DNA of 63,203 nt, filler included, from Reticulomyxa filosa (taxonomy: Eukaryota; Protista; Foraminifera), in assembly GCA_000512085.1 (NCBI GenBank). It is 20 parts of 20 records of this genome, joined end to end, with 100 filler letters (N's around TTAATTAATTAA, not from the genome) between each part and the next. Parts side by side here need not be neighbours in the genome. Positions count along the whole stretch, not along the records: positions 50,637 to 53,954 come from ASPP01022997.1; positions 54,055 to 55,405 come from ASPP01043073.1; positions 55,506 to 59,749 come from ASPP01012780.1; positions 59,850 to 60,881 come from ASPP01000693.1; positions 60,982 to 63,203 come from ASPP01005967.1; 15 more parts are not named here. One strand, written 5' to 3'. Position numbers and translations under genes: made by a program. The notes under the pieces are model-generated. The model searched no databases. It was not told the origin of the DNA and was given only the letters and a program-made list of their open reading frames with translations. Shown here in pieces: positions 50,637 through 63,203 of this stretch (positions are counted from its first letter, which is position 1; each line of letters begins with the position of its first letter).

Positions 50637-51790
50637 GTTTTGTTGTCATTGTGGTTGTTGCCATCGTCGCTGGTGCTGTTGTTGATGCTGCCTCGGTGAT
50701 ACTGATACCAGCAACAACAGAGATAGAAGTGGTAGCACATGTGGGATCATAGAGGACGATGTTGTGCCCGGACGTATCCGGCTGTTCTTTTTTCACAAGT
50801 GGGCTCGTACCCTCTTCTTCTTTTTAATTTTTTTGATCTTCTTTGTATGGTCACTTTTTTTTAAAAAATTCGTCTTTCGCACACCTTCTTCTGCAGCTCG
50901 TCTCTTAATGCCATCTCGTGCGATTTGGTCTTTTGCAATTTGCGTAGTCTTGGCTCGAGAAAGAGTCTCTTGCCTGTAATATCTTTAAAGATATTAGTCC
51001 AATCGTCAAAGCCAATAGTGGCCGAGCCCATTTCTCATTTCACGCCAAGTCAGATCACCACTTTGTTGGACGTCCTATGACTTCAAAGACTTGACGGTTC
51101 AATTCTTGAGCTGTTGCTTTCTTTGCTTGATATTCTTTTGAGTCAATTTCCACATTTTCGCCAGCCGCTTGTTCGACAGTCTTGGTTGTCGCTTCCTTTT
51201 CTTATGTTTTTGCCTACTCTTGTTTTTGCAAGTGCTTTTTTTTTTCTTGTGCTTTAATTCTTCCTCTTATCGCAGCTTCTCGGTCATTTGTTTCTTCGAA
51301 TACTCAACAATTTCTGTCAAATGGGGCATTTGATTCGTTATGTTTCTAGAATTGCAAAAAACAACAAAAATATTAAATACGCGATAGAGAATTAAGAATA
51401 TTCCATAATAGCAAAAAGCAAAAAAAAAACGAAACAAATACATCAAAAATCTATGTGCGTTTCCAGACAAATGGAATTATTCAAAAGGATCAATGAAAAG
51501 TCTAGTGAAGCAGACATTGTTATGGAACTTGATGTATTTGACATGTGCGTGGATTGGCATACAATGTAACGAGCAAAAGGCGCAACTTTGCGAAGCGTGT
51601 GCGCGTGATACATCATACACATACAACATCAACACCAAAATATAATTTCCCCCACTTCATTTAGTCCTAATACTTTTTCGCATGTCGATTTTATCTGTCT
51701 GTTTCGACTTCGACAACGTCCATCAATACCTGTTTGTCATCCAACACCTTTTGATCCATTGCTGTGATGAACAATTTCTGATAATACTTT
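50637..51790 (-). pseudogene. Degenerate Lys-rich coding-like region, unidentified
   Basis: MPHLTEIVEYSKKQMTEKLR*EEELKHKKK continues through stops and frame changes. Confidence 0.3.
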
Positions 51791-52039
51791 TTTGCAAATG
51801 CTGTTTTATTGTTATTTGTTTGTATTTGCTTTTTTTTTTGCCATAACTTTTTTTCTCATTTCTCTAGCTTGATTGTCGGTGTGATCAATACGCCAACTGA
51901 AGTTTGCTGACATTTTCAAAGACTAAGGAGATGAACCAAAGAGATTCACTTTGTTTGCTTTATTTAAATATAAACATAACTATCATTGTATCGTCCTTAA
52001 TAAGTAATTGAATATGCGTATTTGAATAAAAAAAAAGTT

Positions 52040-52920
52040 TGGAACAAAAAAGAAAGTTGAAAAAGCATCAATGTTACAGCTATGAATCAGCCAATTTTAT
52101 CTTAAAATGAAGACGAAAGCACTAGAAAGTTATTCAAATTACAACGAGATAAACATCTATGTAATATACATTCATTACTGTTGATGAAAGGACAAACTAT
52201 AAACATTATCAACATGAAATGTGATAGACTTAAATAAGACAAATAATTTCAAAATTTTAATGAAAATGTTCTTGAATATATTATGAAACATTTTGAAATA
52301 TAAAATTAGAAATAAGAGTTTATACAACAATTTACAATCCAAATGCAATCACTTAAGTGGAAATGTAGATATAATATTTGAAGACACAATACATCATTTA
52401 CAACAATTTGGATTGAAGTAAAAAAGACAATATTTGGTATTACCCAATGATGATATGAAACTATTACAACATGGATCAATAAATATTTTAATATGTGTGT
52501 TTATTTTGTTATAACAAACAAAATGATGTAAAACGTTTATTTTGTCAATAAAATATTAAAAATAAATGATGACGGGCGATATTTACAACAATGAATTACA
52601 AAAAGTAGATTTGATCTGATCCCTAAAAAGCTACGACAAACAAGTAAAAAATATTAAATAAATTAAAGACATTGTATTCATAAACATATGGAATATCCAC
52701 TTCAATTATATCAAATTTATGCAATTTTATTGCATTGTAAATCATGTAATAATCAATTCAGTTGTGATCAAATTGCATTTAAACATTTCAACTGGATCAT
52801 TTTTTGCAAAGCGATATCGAGATATTCACTTCCATAAGAAGAGAAAAAAAAAATATGAAATTATATTGTAGATTGAAAAGAGTAAGATTTAAAAAAATTG
52901 AAAAAACAATCTAACAGAAA
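52040..52920 (+). pseudogene. Heavily decayed member of an expanded family, possibly ADP-ribosyltransferase-like
   Basis: Residual MEYPLQLYQIYAILLHCKSCNNQFSCDQI..H..W and LYCRLKRV segments with many stops. Family assignment is from recollection only. Confidence 0.4.
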
Positions 52921-53001
52921 TGTTTCCTTCGAAAGGGAGGCTAACTGCAACGAATTAGTGAATTTAAGTGTTTTTTTTTTTTTTTTTCTTGGTTGTACAA
53001 G

Positions 53002-53920
53002 CGGAAAAAAATAGCAAAACTGGAAGAAAGCAGTGTGACGAAAGCAAAAGTATCTCGAAAATCAGGAATACAGCAAGCTGATCCAACGAACGCAGGGGTT
53101 TCTTCCAAAGTGACGCAAAGTACTCAACCAACATCACAAACGAGGGCGAGTAAACCAAGTAGCAAGCGTGCAGCAGGTGGAGTGATTCAATCCCTGACAC
53201 CCAAATTGGACAGTAAGAAGGCACCACTTCAGTTGTCACATCACAGCGAAAGTAACAAAATGGCAACAGGACGAAGTCATCAAAGCGGCAATAGAAAAAG
53301 TGCAGTGTATAAAAGTAGCAAAGCAGTTGTAAGCGCAAACACAAATGTCAATGGAAATGTCAATGGAAATATCAATGCAGGGACAAACACGCATATGTTT
53401 TTAGCCAATAATGGCAAACACTTGCCACCTACGTATCGTCGAGGACTATCAGGTCAAATTGGCAGCTATGGTGTATCACGTCCAACGAATCATTCCATGC
53501 ACGGCACGTTGCAAATGCCGAAGAAAGGTCTGTCGAAAGGCGTAAGTGGCAACGGGGATGGATACGCAAATCCGACAATGGCCAACTCGATGGCGCACAA
53601 CAAGCGTCCGATCATCCTTCACACAAAGATTGATCAAGACCACGATGGCAGCAATGCGGACAACGGCATGACCCCAAAGCCCGTGCATCGAAGTCGAAAA
53701 TCGACGGACATTTTGTTGGACAACGTGCCGACGGGACACAACAAATCGCCGTCTCATCACACGCGCAGTATCAGCGAGCTGCATCTGCCCACCGAGGCCA
53801 TCTTAGTGAGTCATGGCAATGGCCAGTCGACATCTGCATTGGATTTGCAACGATCTACGACAAAGGCATTGGCAGAACATTCGGCTGTGGAAACCCCCCC
53901 TTTGACATCCAAACAGTTTT
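53002..53920 (+). CDS. Internal exon of a low-complexity Ser/Lys/His-rich hypothetical protein
   Basis: Open frame of more than 300 codons with coding-like GC. No domain recognised. Confidence 0.6.
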
Positions 53921-54054
53921 CTTTCATTTGTTCATATTCTCAAAAAAAAAAAAANNNNNNNNNNNNNNNNNNNNNNNNNNNNNNNNNNNNNNNNNNNNTT
54001 AATTAATTAANNNNNNNNNNNNNNNNNNNNNNNNNNNNNNNNNNNNNNNNNNNN

Positions 54055-54657
54055 ATTTGCATTTGCATTTGCATTTGCATTTGCATTTGCTTTGATATTG
54101 GCAGTGTTATGACTATCCATTGTGCTTTCATGACAATATGTCAATTGTTCATCCCAATTCACCCATTGAGATTGGATCATCTTTATTACATACAAAACAC
54201 AATACATATACATATACATCTATATATTTATATATGTATATATATATATATATATATAGATGTATATGTATAATAACTCAACTTTGACTAATTCAATAGT
54301 GACATACAAAGAAAAAGGGACCATCCACGAAGTAACAACCAACCAAGTGGCCATGTCCATGAACCACGACTTGAGTTGATGCGATCTATCCAATTCCTCA
54401 AATGGCTGACTTGTGATGTTGGCGGCAATCCCTAAGCCAATGCACAAGCACAAATTGAACAAAAGAATGCAAGAAATGCATTTATTTAAGATTTTTTCAA
54501 ATTTGCTAAATTTGAAAGGTGTTTGATTGCGATTTAACATCAATTTCGTCTCTCTCCCCACAAACAATGCAATGCCATACACGTACTCGGTATTTACTAA
54601 TTTGCTTCCACGAAATAGCATATGTTCATCACCCAATGCCCCTATCAACCATTCTTC

Positions 54658-54690
<33 letters not shown>

Positions 54691-55073
54691 GTTATTGTTG
54701 TTATTATCGTCTACTTTTTCTTCTTCTTCTTCTTCTCCTCCTCCTCTATAGCTACTCTTTTCATTGTCTTTGGAATTGTACAATGGTGGCAATGAAGACA
54801 GATCCGTCCCCGTCCCAGTGGTCATAGTCGTGGTTGTCGTATTCTTCTTCTTCTTCTTCTTCTTGTGTTTGTGCTTGTGCTTCGATTGGTCAAGGCTTTT
54901 CGAACTCAGTTGGATGGTCCCCGCAAACCCATGCAATGACTTGGTGTTTGTCTGACTCTCCACTTTTCCCCGCAGTCTCCGCAGCTCTTTTTCACTTTGT
55001 ATGTGTGCTGTCAATGCAACTGCACGTCTCATTTTCGGAGCATTTTCCCTTTATATTATATATATGCATATAC

Positions 55074-55112
<39 letters not shown>

Positions 55113-55360
55113 TATATGTATATGTCAATATCTAATAAAAATACAAACCCGTCCAATGAGGCGGTGCTAATATAACACGAGCCATCGACGTGATGCGAGG
55201 CCAGCACGATGACATCAGCCGGCACTTCCTCTTGTCTTCGGATGAATAAGATATCGCCTACTTTCACACTTGCTGATCGCGCCCGAACAAACTGTCCTGT
55301 CTTTGCACTCAGCTTCATCACCGGCAATGCGTTTGCACGTCTGTCATCCTTGTGCCGTTG

Positions 55361-55362
<2 letters not shown>
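54055..55362 (-). CDS. P4-type ATPase (phospholipid flippase), internal fragment from the A domain to TM4
   Basis: VKVGDI, EEVPADVIVL, CYISTASLDG, LFRGSKLVNT..YG...GRETKLMLN and VPFSLYVTIELVK. Confidence 0.92.
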
Positions 55363-55393
<31 letters not shown>

Positions 55394-55637
55394 GATATTT
55401 TTTTTNNNNNNNNNNNNNNNNNNNNNNNNNNNNNNNNNNNNNNNNNNNNTTAATTAATTAANNNNNNNNNNNNNNNNNNNNNNNNNNNNNNNNNNNNNNN
55501 NNNNNAATTTAATTTAATTTAATTTAATTTAATTTAGTTGAATTAAATTGAATTGAATAATAATAATAATAATAAAGGGGGCTTTAAAGCAAACAAATAA
55601 AACACGCTCGTCGCTGACATTTGTTTCTCAAAAACAG

Positions 55638-56135
55638 AAAAATGGAGGCCAAACACAGAGTGACATTGGCAGAGCGAAAGAACAAAGACCATTTCTCGGC
55701 AACTCGCATATGATGAACTCGGCGTCACATACACAAAAACAGGAAGTCAATAACTTTGCTGGTAAGAATAGGTCCATGTCTGATCAAAGTGTCGCTCCTC
55801 TCACTTTGGCGGCGCCGCACACCACAAGTTCCTGCAACAATCGCCATGGTAATGATGAGGACAATGAACAAAAGTATTGGTGCGAATCCATTACAATGAC
55901 GGAACAATGGAAGTTAAATCAAATTTTGCAAAAAACGAATAGCACATTTCGTTCCGGTTCTCATCAACATCAAATCGAGCAAGACTCGTCTCCAAATTTT
56001 ACTCAATCAAAGTTATCGGCACAACCATTTTCTACTTTACCCTTTCAAAACAATCGTCGAAAACGACGTCTTCGGAGACAGACTTGCGCACCACAGTCTA
56101 GCACTCAGCTCGAAGCTGACTCCTCTACCTTGTAA
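55638..56135 (+). CDS. Terminal exon of a hypothetical protein
   Basis: Coding-like open frame ending at the TAA at 56135, after an AT-rich intron-like region. Confidence 0.45.
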   Translation, partial: KNGGQTQSDIGRAKEQRPFLGNSHMMNSASHTQKQEVNNFAGKNRSMSDQSVAPLTLAAPHTTSSCNNRHGNDEDNEQKYWCESITMTEQWKLNQILQKTNSTFRSGSHQHQIEQDSSPNFTQSKLSAQPFSTLPFQNNRRKRRLRRQTCAPQSSTQLEADSSTL

Positions 56136-57109
56136 TTGTCTGGAACTTTCTTTTTTTTAAATGTTATTGTTTGTGATGCCTTCGCTTAGTCCTCTAATTT
56201 TTTCTGCTGTTTCGATGAAATAGTTTTTTAAATTATTTGGCAACGTTGTTTTTTTTTTTTGTCTGTATAATTTGCATGTGATATAGCACTTTTTATTCTT
56301 CAGTGTTTACAGGCCTTTTGCTAAAAAAAGCATTTTGTTTTTCATATTCTTTCTCAAAAACTTCAAACCGTTACATACAAAAAAAGCAGATACACAAAAC
56401 GACAAGTGCGTCGATTAAAACAAATTCTTCAATCATTTCTTTTAGGGATATAAGATCAAATAAATTAGTCATGGACATGATTTTAGTATTTGCAAGCAAA
56501 GGATCTTTTTGTTTTTTATTTTGCGAAAATAAGTATATCTGATAAGAGTAGATTTCTTTAATTTTACTTTTTTTAAGGTATGATGTTTATTTAGAAGAGA
56601 TTTTGGGGATTGGATGTAGTATGTTTTTGAAATAATCTTCTTAGTATCAGAAACCATTGCATTTGTCTTGTTATAAAAGATATGACAGATCACAAAGCAA
56701 GGAGGGTATTAAAAAATTTAATGCAATGTCCAAAGTACAATGAGAACTATATTTTCATTTAGTATTTTGTTTTCAATGTTAATATTTCAAGCTAGGCCAT
56801 CCGTCTTAAAAAATTTGTTGCTAATTGTTACAACCAACACTTGTGATCTGGATTCCTGGAGAGCGTTATTTGCAATTTTGTGCAAATAAGCATAAGAAAA
56901 AAAAAATGAAAAAACACTTCCTTGTTCATCCACAAAACGACATACACAAATAAGTACAAGGAAATGGAAAAAAAAACATTCACCAGTAGCGAGGAAGAAA
57001 AAAAAAAAACAGAAAAAAAACATATCGACATTTGAGGAATTTGATATTTTTGGAATCTCCAGATTTTCAAAAACATTTCACTCATAAACTTCTTGCCGCA
57101 AGGGTGAAA

Positions 57110-59727
57110 ATACATTATGATCAGCCCCCTTTTTCGATGTATGTATTTTTATGAATGCATTTCTCAAATATACAAAGGAACATTACAAGGGGGGAAAAAA
57201 AAAAACATACTCCAGAGTCTTCGACTTCGAGAGCATTGTACTCTTCGTCATCAAAAGGGATCTCTTCTAGCATCATGAGAACGACTTCATTGGCATTACT
57301 TTCTTCGCTATCTGCTTTGGATTGTTTGCTGGCAGTCTTTTCAAGATGTAAGTCTTTGACGTGTTCTTTCGCTTCTTCTTCATTCGAGCTTTGGTCTTCA
57401 TTCTCATTCTCATTCTCATTTTCAGCAGGTTGAGTATTCTGACACCAAAAAAAGTGTGTGTTGCAATGAATGAGAATGACGAAAAAGAAAAAGAAAAACC
57501 TCTTTAAGTAATCGCTTTTCCCAATTTTTGCGATTTCGTTTTAGATTTTGCAAGCACACATCGGCTTCGGGGAACAAAGAGCCCCAGTTTTCGAACAAAG
57601 GTGTGACGATATAATCAATGAACCCAATTTGTCCTCTGGGAACATTAGGATTATTTCGATCCATCATGGGCGAGACAGTGAGACCCAGTTCTTTTTCTTT
57701 GTCTCCTTGTTTGTACCATTCTTGCATAAGCAAATAAGTCCAGACCTTGCAATCTTTCCAAGAGTAGGTGGGATTGGAGAGATCGCAAAGATGCATGCCA
57801 ATGGTCAAGCAGTTTTTGCGTTCGATTTCGCGACTGTTTTGACAGACACCGTTGCGCACTTCCTGACGACGTTTCATCATTTCGCGTGTGGTCTTCATCA
57901 ATTCGCTGTGGTGTGTCATGTCGGTGGCCAGAATCATATCGGCGAGACATTCGCGGATATAATTCAGTTCGTTTTTGCAGCCAATGCCGCTGAACAAGTT
58001 GCAGTGATGATGGGGAGATTTGAACAGCAGTCGAAGGGCTTCGCTGCAATGCAGATTTTCCAGAACCGATTTGCCATTGTACAGCAAAGCCAAATCGCTC
58101 TCGGTCTTGTTATGAAAGTCTTGATTCGTCCCGGGATGTTTGAAGTCATGAACGCAGGCGGCGACCAAAGCGACCAACACATCAATGTCACGGATGTAAG
58201 AAGTGTACTCATCGGATTTGATCCAATAGTACATGCTTTTCATGACATCGGTGCCATGCAACGCGTTGTGATAGGGATTGCTGCCATAGCTCGATTCCAC
58301 GGTCGTAAAAAACGAAACGAATTGGTGTGTGTTGATACGAAACTTGTTGAACAAATCCAATTTGGTGAAAATGTGATGGGCACAAAGCACCATAGATTTG
58401 CCCGGACACAAATGCTCCAATTCAAAGATGCTCCAATTCCAATCGCCCAATTTGTCCAAAGTCTTTTTTATTTTTTCGTTGAATAGACATGTTTCGATAG
58501 TCTTTAATTGTTGTGAGGCTAGTTTCTTCAATCGTTCAATGTCATTCTGTTTGTCCTGTTCGCTTATAGCTTTAGATATAGTTGTAGTTGTAGTCGTTGC
58601 TGTTGTCGTTGCTGTTGTCGTTGTTGCAATGTATCGACCACTACAGTGGCGCTCGTCGGCGAGGAAGTGGAGTTGTAGTCTTCCTTATTTGACGCCAAAG
58701 CACGTGCAGAGCCAATGGGATGATTGGCACGCAAAGGATCGTCGTACCTTCGAAATTGAGAAAAGTTGGTGGACAGCCAACGAGCAACTTCCAATCCCCC
58801 TTTTTCCAAGTCCTGCAAATTGCCCGTGGTGTATCGTCTTCCAATGTCAGTCCTTCGTTTTTGCAAAAGCATCTGTCGTTTATTGAAACTGTCCGAGACG
58901 CCAACGAGCTTTGGACTTTCTTCTTCTTCTTCTTCTTTGTCCTTGTTCTTATTCTTATTCATATCCTTCTCTTTCTCTTTCTCCTTCTCCTTCTCCTTCT
59001 CCTTCTCCTTCTCCTTCTCCTGTCTGTCGTCGTCATTTGTGGTCCGCTTCGACGATGGCACGGAGGAAGACGTCGATGTGGAACTCGAGGTCGACGCCGA
59101 CGTTTTGTTACTCACGCCAGTCAAGTGTAGACCAAGGTCCTTTTTCATTCCCCAATCGCGTGTTGGACTGTCGCGAGTTGAAGAAGGATGCGCTTCATCA
59201 AAGTGCTCTTCTGAATCAGAGGACTCGATATTACGTTTCTCCTCGTGTGTCGAGTGTTTCTTGTTTTTGTTTTTTTTGTGTTTCTTATGTCTCTCGTCAT
59301 CGTTTTCATTGTCATCCTTGTCGTCATTTTTCTTTTGTTTTTCTTTTTCTTTTTCTTTCTCCTTTTCTTTTTCTTTTTCTTTTTCTTTCTCTTTCTCCTT
59401 CTCCTTTTCCTTCTCCTTTTCCTTCTCCTTGTCTTCCATCTTTTGCTGAACCTCTTTGCGATATTTCTCGTACTCTTTCAACGTCTCATCCATTTTCAAC
59501 AATTGTAATTGTCGCAACACATCACGTAATGCCATTTCCAAAGGTGTCCCTGCCATTGGAGACAAATTACACGAGGCAATGGCCGATTTCAATTTGGAAA
59601 TCGCATTATCCAATTCATACGCTTTGCTGTTCTTATCATAACTGGATAGTGGATCATTTTGGATATTACCGCTTTTTACGTGAGAATAGTTGCCTATGAT
59701 GCCTACGTGTCCTTGCGTGCCTATCAT
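57110..59727 (-). CDS. Class I cyclic nucleotide phosphodiesterase with a long charged N-terminal region; frame change between ~58580 and 58690
   Basis: NPYHNALHGTDV, HDFKHPG, SVLENLH, ILATDM, HLCDLSNP, EWYKQGDKEK and GQIGFI. KE repeats lie upstream. Confidence 0.93.
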
Positions 59728-59849
59728 TGTTCACACATATATATACATANNNNNNNNNNNNNNNNNNNNNNNNNNNNNNNNNNNNNNNNNNNNTTAATTA
59801 ATTAANNNNNNNNNNNNNNNNNNNNNNNNNNNNNNNNNNNNNNNNNNNN

Positions 59850-59952
59850 TAAATTTATTGGATTGAAAAAGAAAAAGGAGACAAAGAATATCGAACATAA
59901 TTTGAATTTGTGTTATGGTTCATACAAAGGTCTCATTCATATTTGGGGATAA
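59850..59952 (+). CDS. 3' end of another WD40-family gene
   Basis: KFIGLKKKK...LNLCYGSYKGLIHIWG* matches the family C-terminus. Confidence 0.8.
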
Positions 59953-60981
59953 TCTATTTTTTGTCAAATAGACACGAAAGAATTTTTGTTTGAAAAGTTT
60001 GATTAAAATGGAGTATGTTAATATTAAACTTGTTTGATTTGATTGAATGCAAGCATTAAAAGATTTGTTTTATCTTATTTTGTTGTTTAAAAAATTGAAA
60101 AAGCTTCGTTCAATGTTTTTTGAAGAATTGAAGATCCAAATATCAAAATAAATTGCCAAAGATTTTATCATTGAAAATTTTTGAAAACAGATGTTGAAAA
60201 AATATTTTTCTAAAAATCCTTTTACATTTATTCCTTATTTTTTGGACAAGATATTTTAATGGAGGAAAAAAAAAATGATAAATCAAAAAGCTGTATTCAT
60301 ATATCATCCGCAAACATAAATTGGGTCTTTGATTGAACCATCTTTTTTTGATTTCTTTTTTTCAATTGTTCAATTTCAGTAAGATGATATCCTAATTAAT
60401 GATGTTCATTCATATTTTTATTTTCCTTTAAAACACATATTACAATCATGCTCAATCTGTTCGTTTTTTTTATCTCTTCCAATTATTTCCAAATTCTGAT
60501 GAAATTGTCTTTGACATATGACAGTTTAGTTGTTTTAGACAATTCTCTCCTGCAATCAGTGCTTCATTCATATCTTTGTTTTGTCATTTTTGGAGATTGA
60601 TTAAATATACTTTCATATTTTAATTTGTTTAAATAATTTTCAGAAATTTGTAACATCTGTTTCTTTCATTCTGAAATATTTATTTTAAAAATAAAAGAAT
60701 TGAATGTGTTATACTTTATTATGTCAAAATTGAATATCAATCTTTAAACTAAATTTTGAATAATTATTTGGTATGATAAATATGTTCATGAAATATCAAA
60801 TGAAAACTTATTAACTCTCACCAATACTTTTATCCATTATTGATTTGAGTAAAATTTTTATAAAGAATCATAAAATACAATNNNNNNNNNNNNNNNNNNN
60901 NNNNNNNNNNNNNNNNNNNNNNNNNTTAATTAATTAANNNNNNNNNNNNNNNNNNNNNNNNNNNNNNNNNNNNNNNNNNNN

Positions 60982-61638
60982 ATTCAAACCCTTTCGGTTC
61001 CAACATGAAAAGGACTCCAATGATCAGTCGCATGAAAACAGAGCGAAAAGTCCCAAACAATCCAAAGTCAAATTGTTTGACAACATCAAATGTGTCGAAA
61101 GCATGCGATGCAAGCAAGTGTACTTGTTCCACGGCGTTAATGATGATATCATCCCACTCCAGCATTCCGAGGCTCTAGAAAATAAAATTCTTCAAGTTCA
61201 ACAACAATCTGCCAATGGTATTTTGTTTGTTTTCCTTGCTGTTTTGGCATTACAAGAAAACCTTATATCCCAAGACTGACTCCAAAAAAAAAAATATAAT
61301 AAACGAATTTTATAATTATTTTCATCTTATTAACTCCTTTCAAAAAAAAAAAAAAAAAAGAGAAAGAAGGAGAGTATTTTCAAGTGGTCAAGTTATTTCG
61401 TCTGAATAATCGAGGACACAACGACATTGACATAACTCAAGATGTTGCAGTTAAATTGCACAGAGCGATTGTAGCAGACAAGACAAAGGCTAGTGATGGA
61501 AACAAAAGTGATTCCCAGCAAGATCGTTCTCGGCAGAGTGATAATGTTCTCAAATTGAAAGATTGCGTGAACAAACTTTGTGACTCTGAACAACGCATTG
61601 TATATGATGTCAAGCATTTAATTAAGTGTTTAACGTGA
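60982..61638 (+). CDS. C-terminal part of an alpha/beta hydrolase (ABHD17/ABHD13-like)
   Basis: FDNIK, LFHGVNDDIIPLQHS (acid residue) and RGHNDI (catalytic His) across an intron. Confidence 0.75.
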
Positions 61639-62059
61639 CAACTTTTTTTCTCATTTTCATATATACAGCAATTGGTATTACTATACTAACTTCATTTTGT
61701 GTTTGTCATTTTCTAAGTGTTGTTACTTTTCTTTTTTTACAATTCTATTACTAGAATTTCATCACACAATTTTTACACTTGAACAATTTGGCACCCCAAC
61801 CCTTTCTTATTAAAAAAGTAGGCTGTCGTATTCCGCGAACGAAAGCTAATGCTTAAATTTTTTATGCATTATATAACTTTTGAAAAAAGACCTTTCTGAA
61901 AGGGAAAAAAAGCCAACAAAAAGTTCTTACAAATTGCCTAAAGAAAAAAAAAGCAGAAAAGAATATCTAGAAAAAAGAAAAAGAAAGAAGAATACACAAA
62001 AAAAAATTAATTAAAAAAAGTCAAACTGAATAAAACAAGTTTTCATACCGTGCTTTTGC

Positions 62060-63098
62060 TTCCAGAGACAATCATAGTTTTCAGTAACTCATTTTGTTCA
62101 CGAAGGTTCTTGATCTATTGCGATCATCACGACCCAAAAGTGAATTGGAGAAAAAAAGGAAAACAGAAAAAATATTAACTTCTTTAACGAGCACTTTTCG
62201 TTGAGATTTCAAGACTTTGATTTGTTGTTGCAACAATTCTTTGCTGCTTGTGGGAACTACAAAATTGCAACATCGAATAAGGTATAAGATGTATCAAGAC
62301 AGGACTTTTCAAAAAAAAAAAAAAAAAGGGGATAAAGAAAATGAGAGAAAAAAGGGATAATAACGGATAAAGTAGTAACCTTGTTTTGCAAGATCTGATT
62401 GTGTGTCTTCCAATTTTCTTTCTAATTGTGTGACCATTTCTTTGCTTTGTCTTAAATTGTTTTGTAAATCTTCAATGGTAAGTTGCTGTTGGTCCATGAG
62501 TGCTTGCACTTGAAGCAACTGCTGTTTTTGGACGTCGATTTGCTTATGTAAAACCTGTTGAGACTCTCGAGCTTTCTTTTCTTCTTGTTGTTTAAATTTG
62601 GCTCGCTCTTGGGCTTCGACCCGCGTTTGCGGAGGCAGCTCAGCAATTTGTTGTTGCAACATTTGAACTTGGGTTTGAAACAATACATTTTGTTCGACTT
62701 TGTCACGTAGTTTGTGTTGCGTCGTTTTCAGCGTTTGTTCCATTTTTACAATTTGATCTCGCAATTCCTTGGCCTTTTCCATCCAATACTTTCTCTCTTC
62801 AAAGTATTTCAATTGCAATTGTTTGTACTTGCTTGGTTCGATATCTGTCATTTTTGGTTTGTCAATGATATATTTCATTCATTCACTATTTTTTTTTTTT
62901 TTTTTTTTTGAAGCATACATTTGGATTGGTCTTCTGACACTTTCAAGTCGTCCAATACTTTGGAGTTGCCATTATCATCAATGCTTTGATACTTGTCGAT
63001 ATCGGATATCCAGCTCAATGACCCTTCGTGTGACGACGTGCCCGATAAGCTTCCGTTCGACCTTGATGACGACAACTGCGGAGCTGGGCTTTGCGGCT
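62060..63098 (-). CDS. Coiled-coil protein fragment, multi-exon
   Basis: Q/E/K/L heptad-rich ORF 62309-62878 and a Ser-rich upstream exon. Confidence 0.6.
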
Positions 63099-63203
63099 AT
63101 GTTTTTTTTTTTCATACACAATACAACATACATTAACGTGCATTACAAAAAAAAAAAAAAAAAACAAGGTGGATTAGTTCTCCCATTGAATTTTTTTTTT
63201 TTT

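Noticed and set aside
57548-59699. Long plus-strand ORFs opposite the phosphodiesterase (similar antisense ORFs at RBM39, miaB, hipA and the PPase)
   Set aside because: They are antisense shadows or low-complexity read-throughs of well-supported genes.
9422-60981. Recurring TTAATTAATTAA as a biological repeat, or gene neighbourhoods across contigs (e.g. Piwi next to miaB, HipA next to B56) as a system
   Set aside because: It is an artificial spacer flanked by fixed N-runs, so adjacency across spacers is meaningless.

Overview
This is not a contiguous locus. It is a concatenation of 20 short draft-assembly contigs joined by 19 artificial 100-nt spacers (44 N + TTAATTAATTAA + 44 N). Eighteen contigs are AT-rich, intron-containing eukaryotic DNA. 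The expanded WD40, NACHT and ART-like families and the homopolymer-laden introns suggest a foraminiferan such as Reticulomyxa (inference). Two GC-rich contigs are bacterial (miaB plus a YciI-like start; a HipA-type kinase). Recognisable eukaryotic genes: a GT8-GT32 glycosyltransferase fusion, RBM39, an ADF-H protein, a Pro/Thr repeat protein, a C2H2 zinc finger, a Piwi/Argonaute, a cytochrome b5 reductase-like domain, a K+-independent H+-pyrophosphatase, an SDR, an intron-containing bacterial-type solute-binding/vWA protein, PP2A B56, an atypical thioredoxin, phytochelatin synthase, an M16A insulinase, a P4-ATPase, a class I phosphodiesterase and an ABHD17-like hydrolase. Most notable: (1) many introns end in an A-tract rather than a polypyrimidine tract; (2) a divergent RG-tailed Piwi with a D-E-D-D tetrad and an altered 5'-phosphate pocket; (3) the GT8-GT32 fusion, visible only after splicing; (4) a probable horizontally acquired SBP-vWA gene; (5) a NACHT pseudogene whose stops all fit C:G>A:T changes and which runs in frame into a WD40-family gene. 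Splice sites were inferred by eye, and many 1-nt frameshifts sit in homopolymers and may be sequencing errors.
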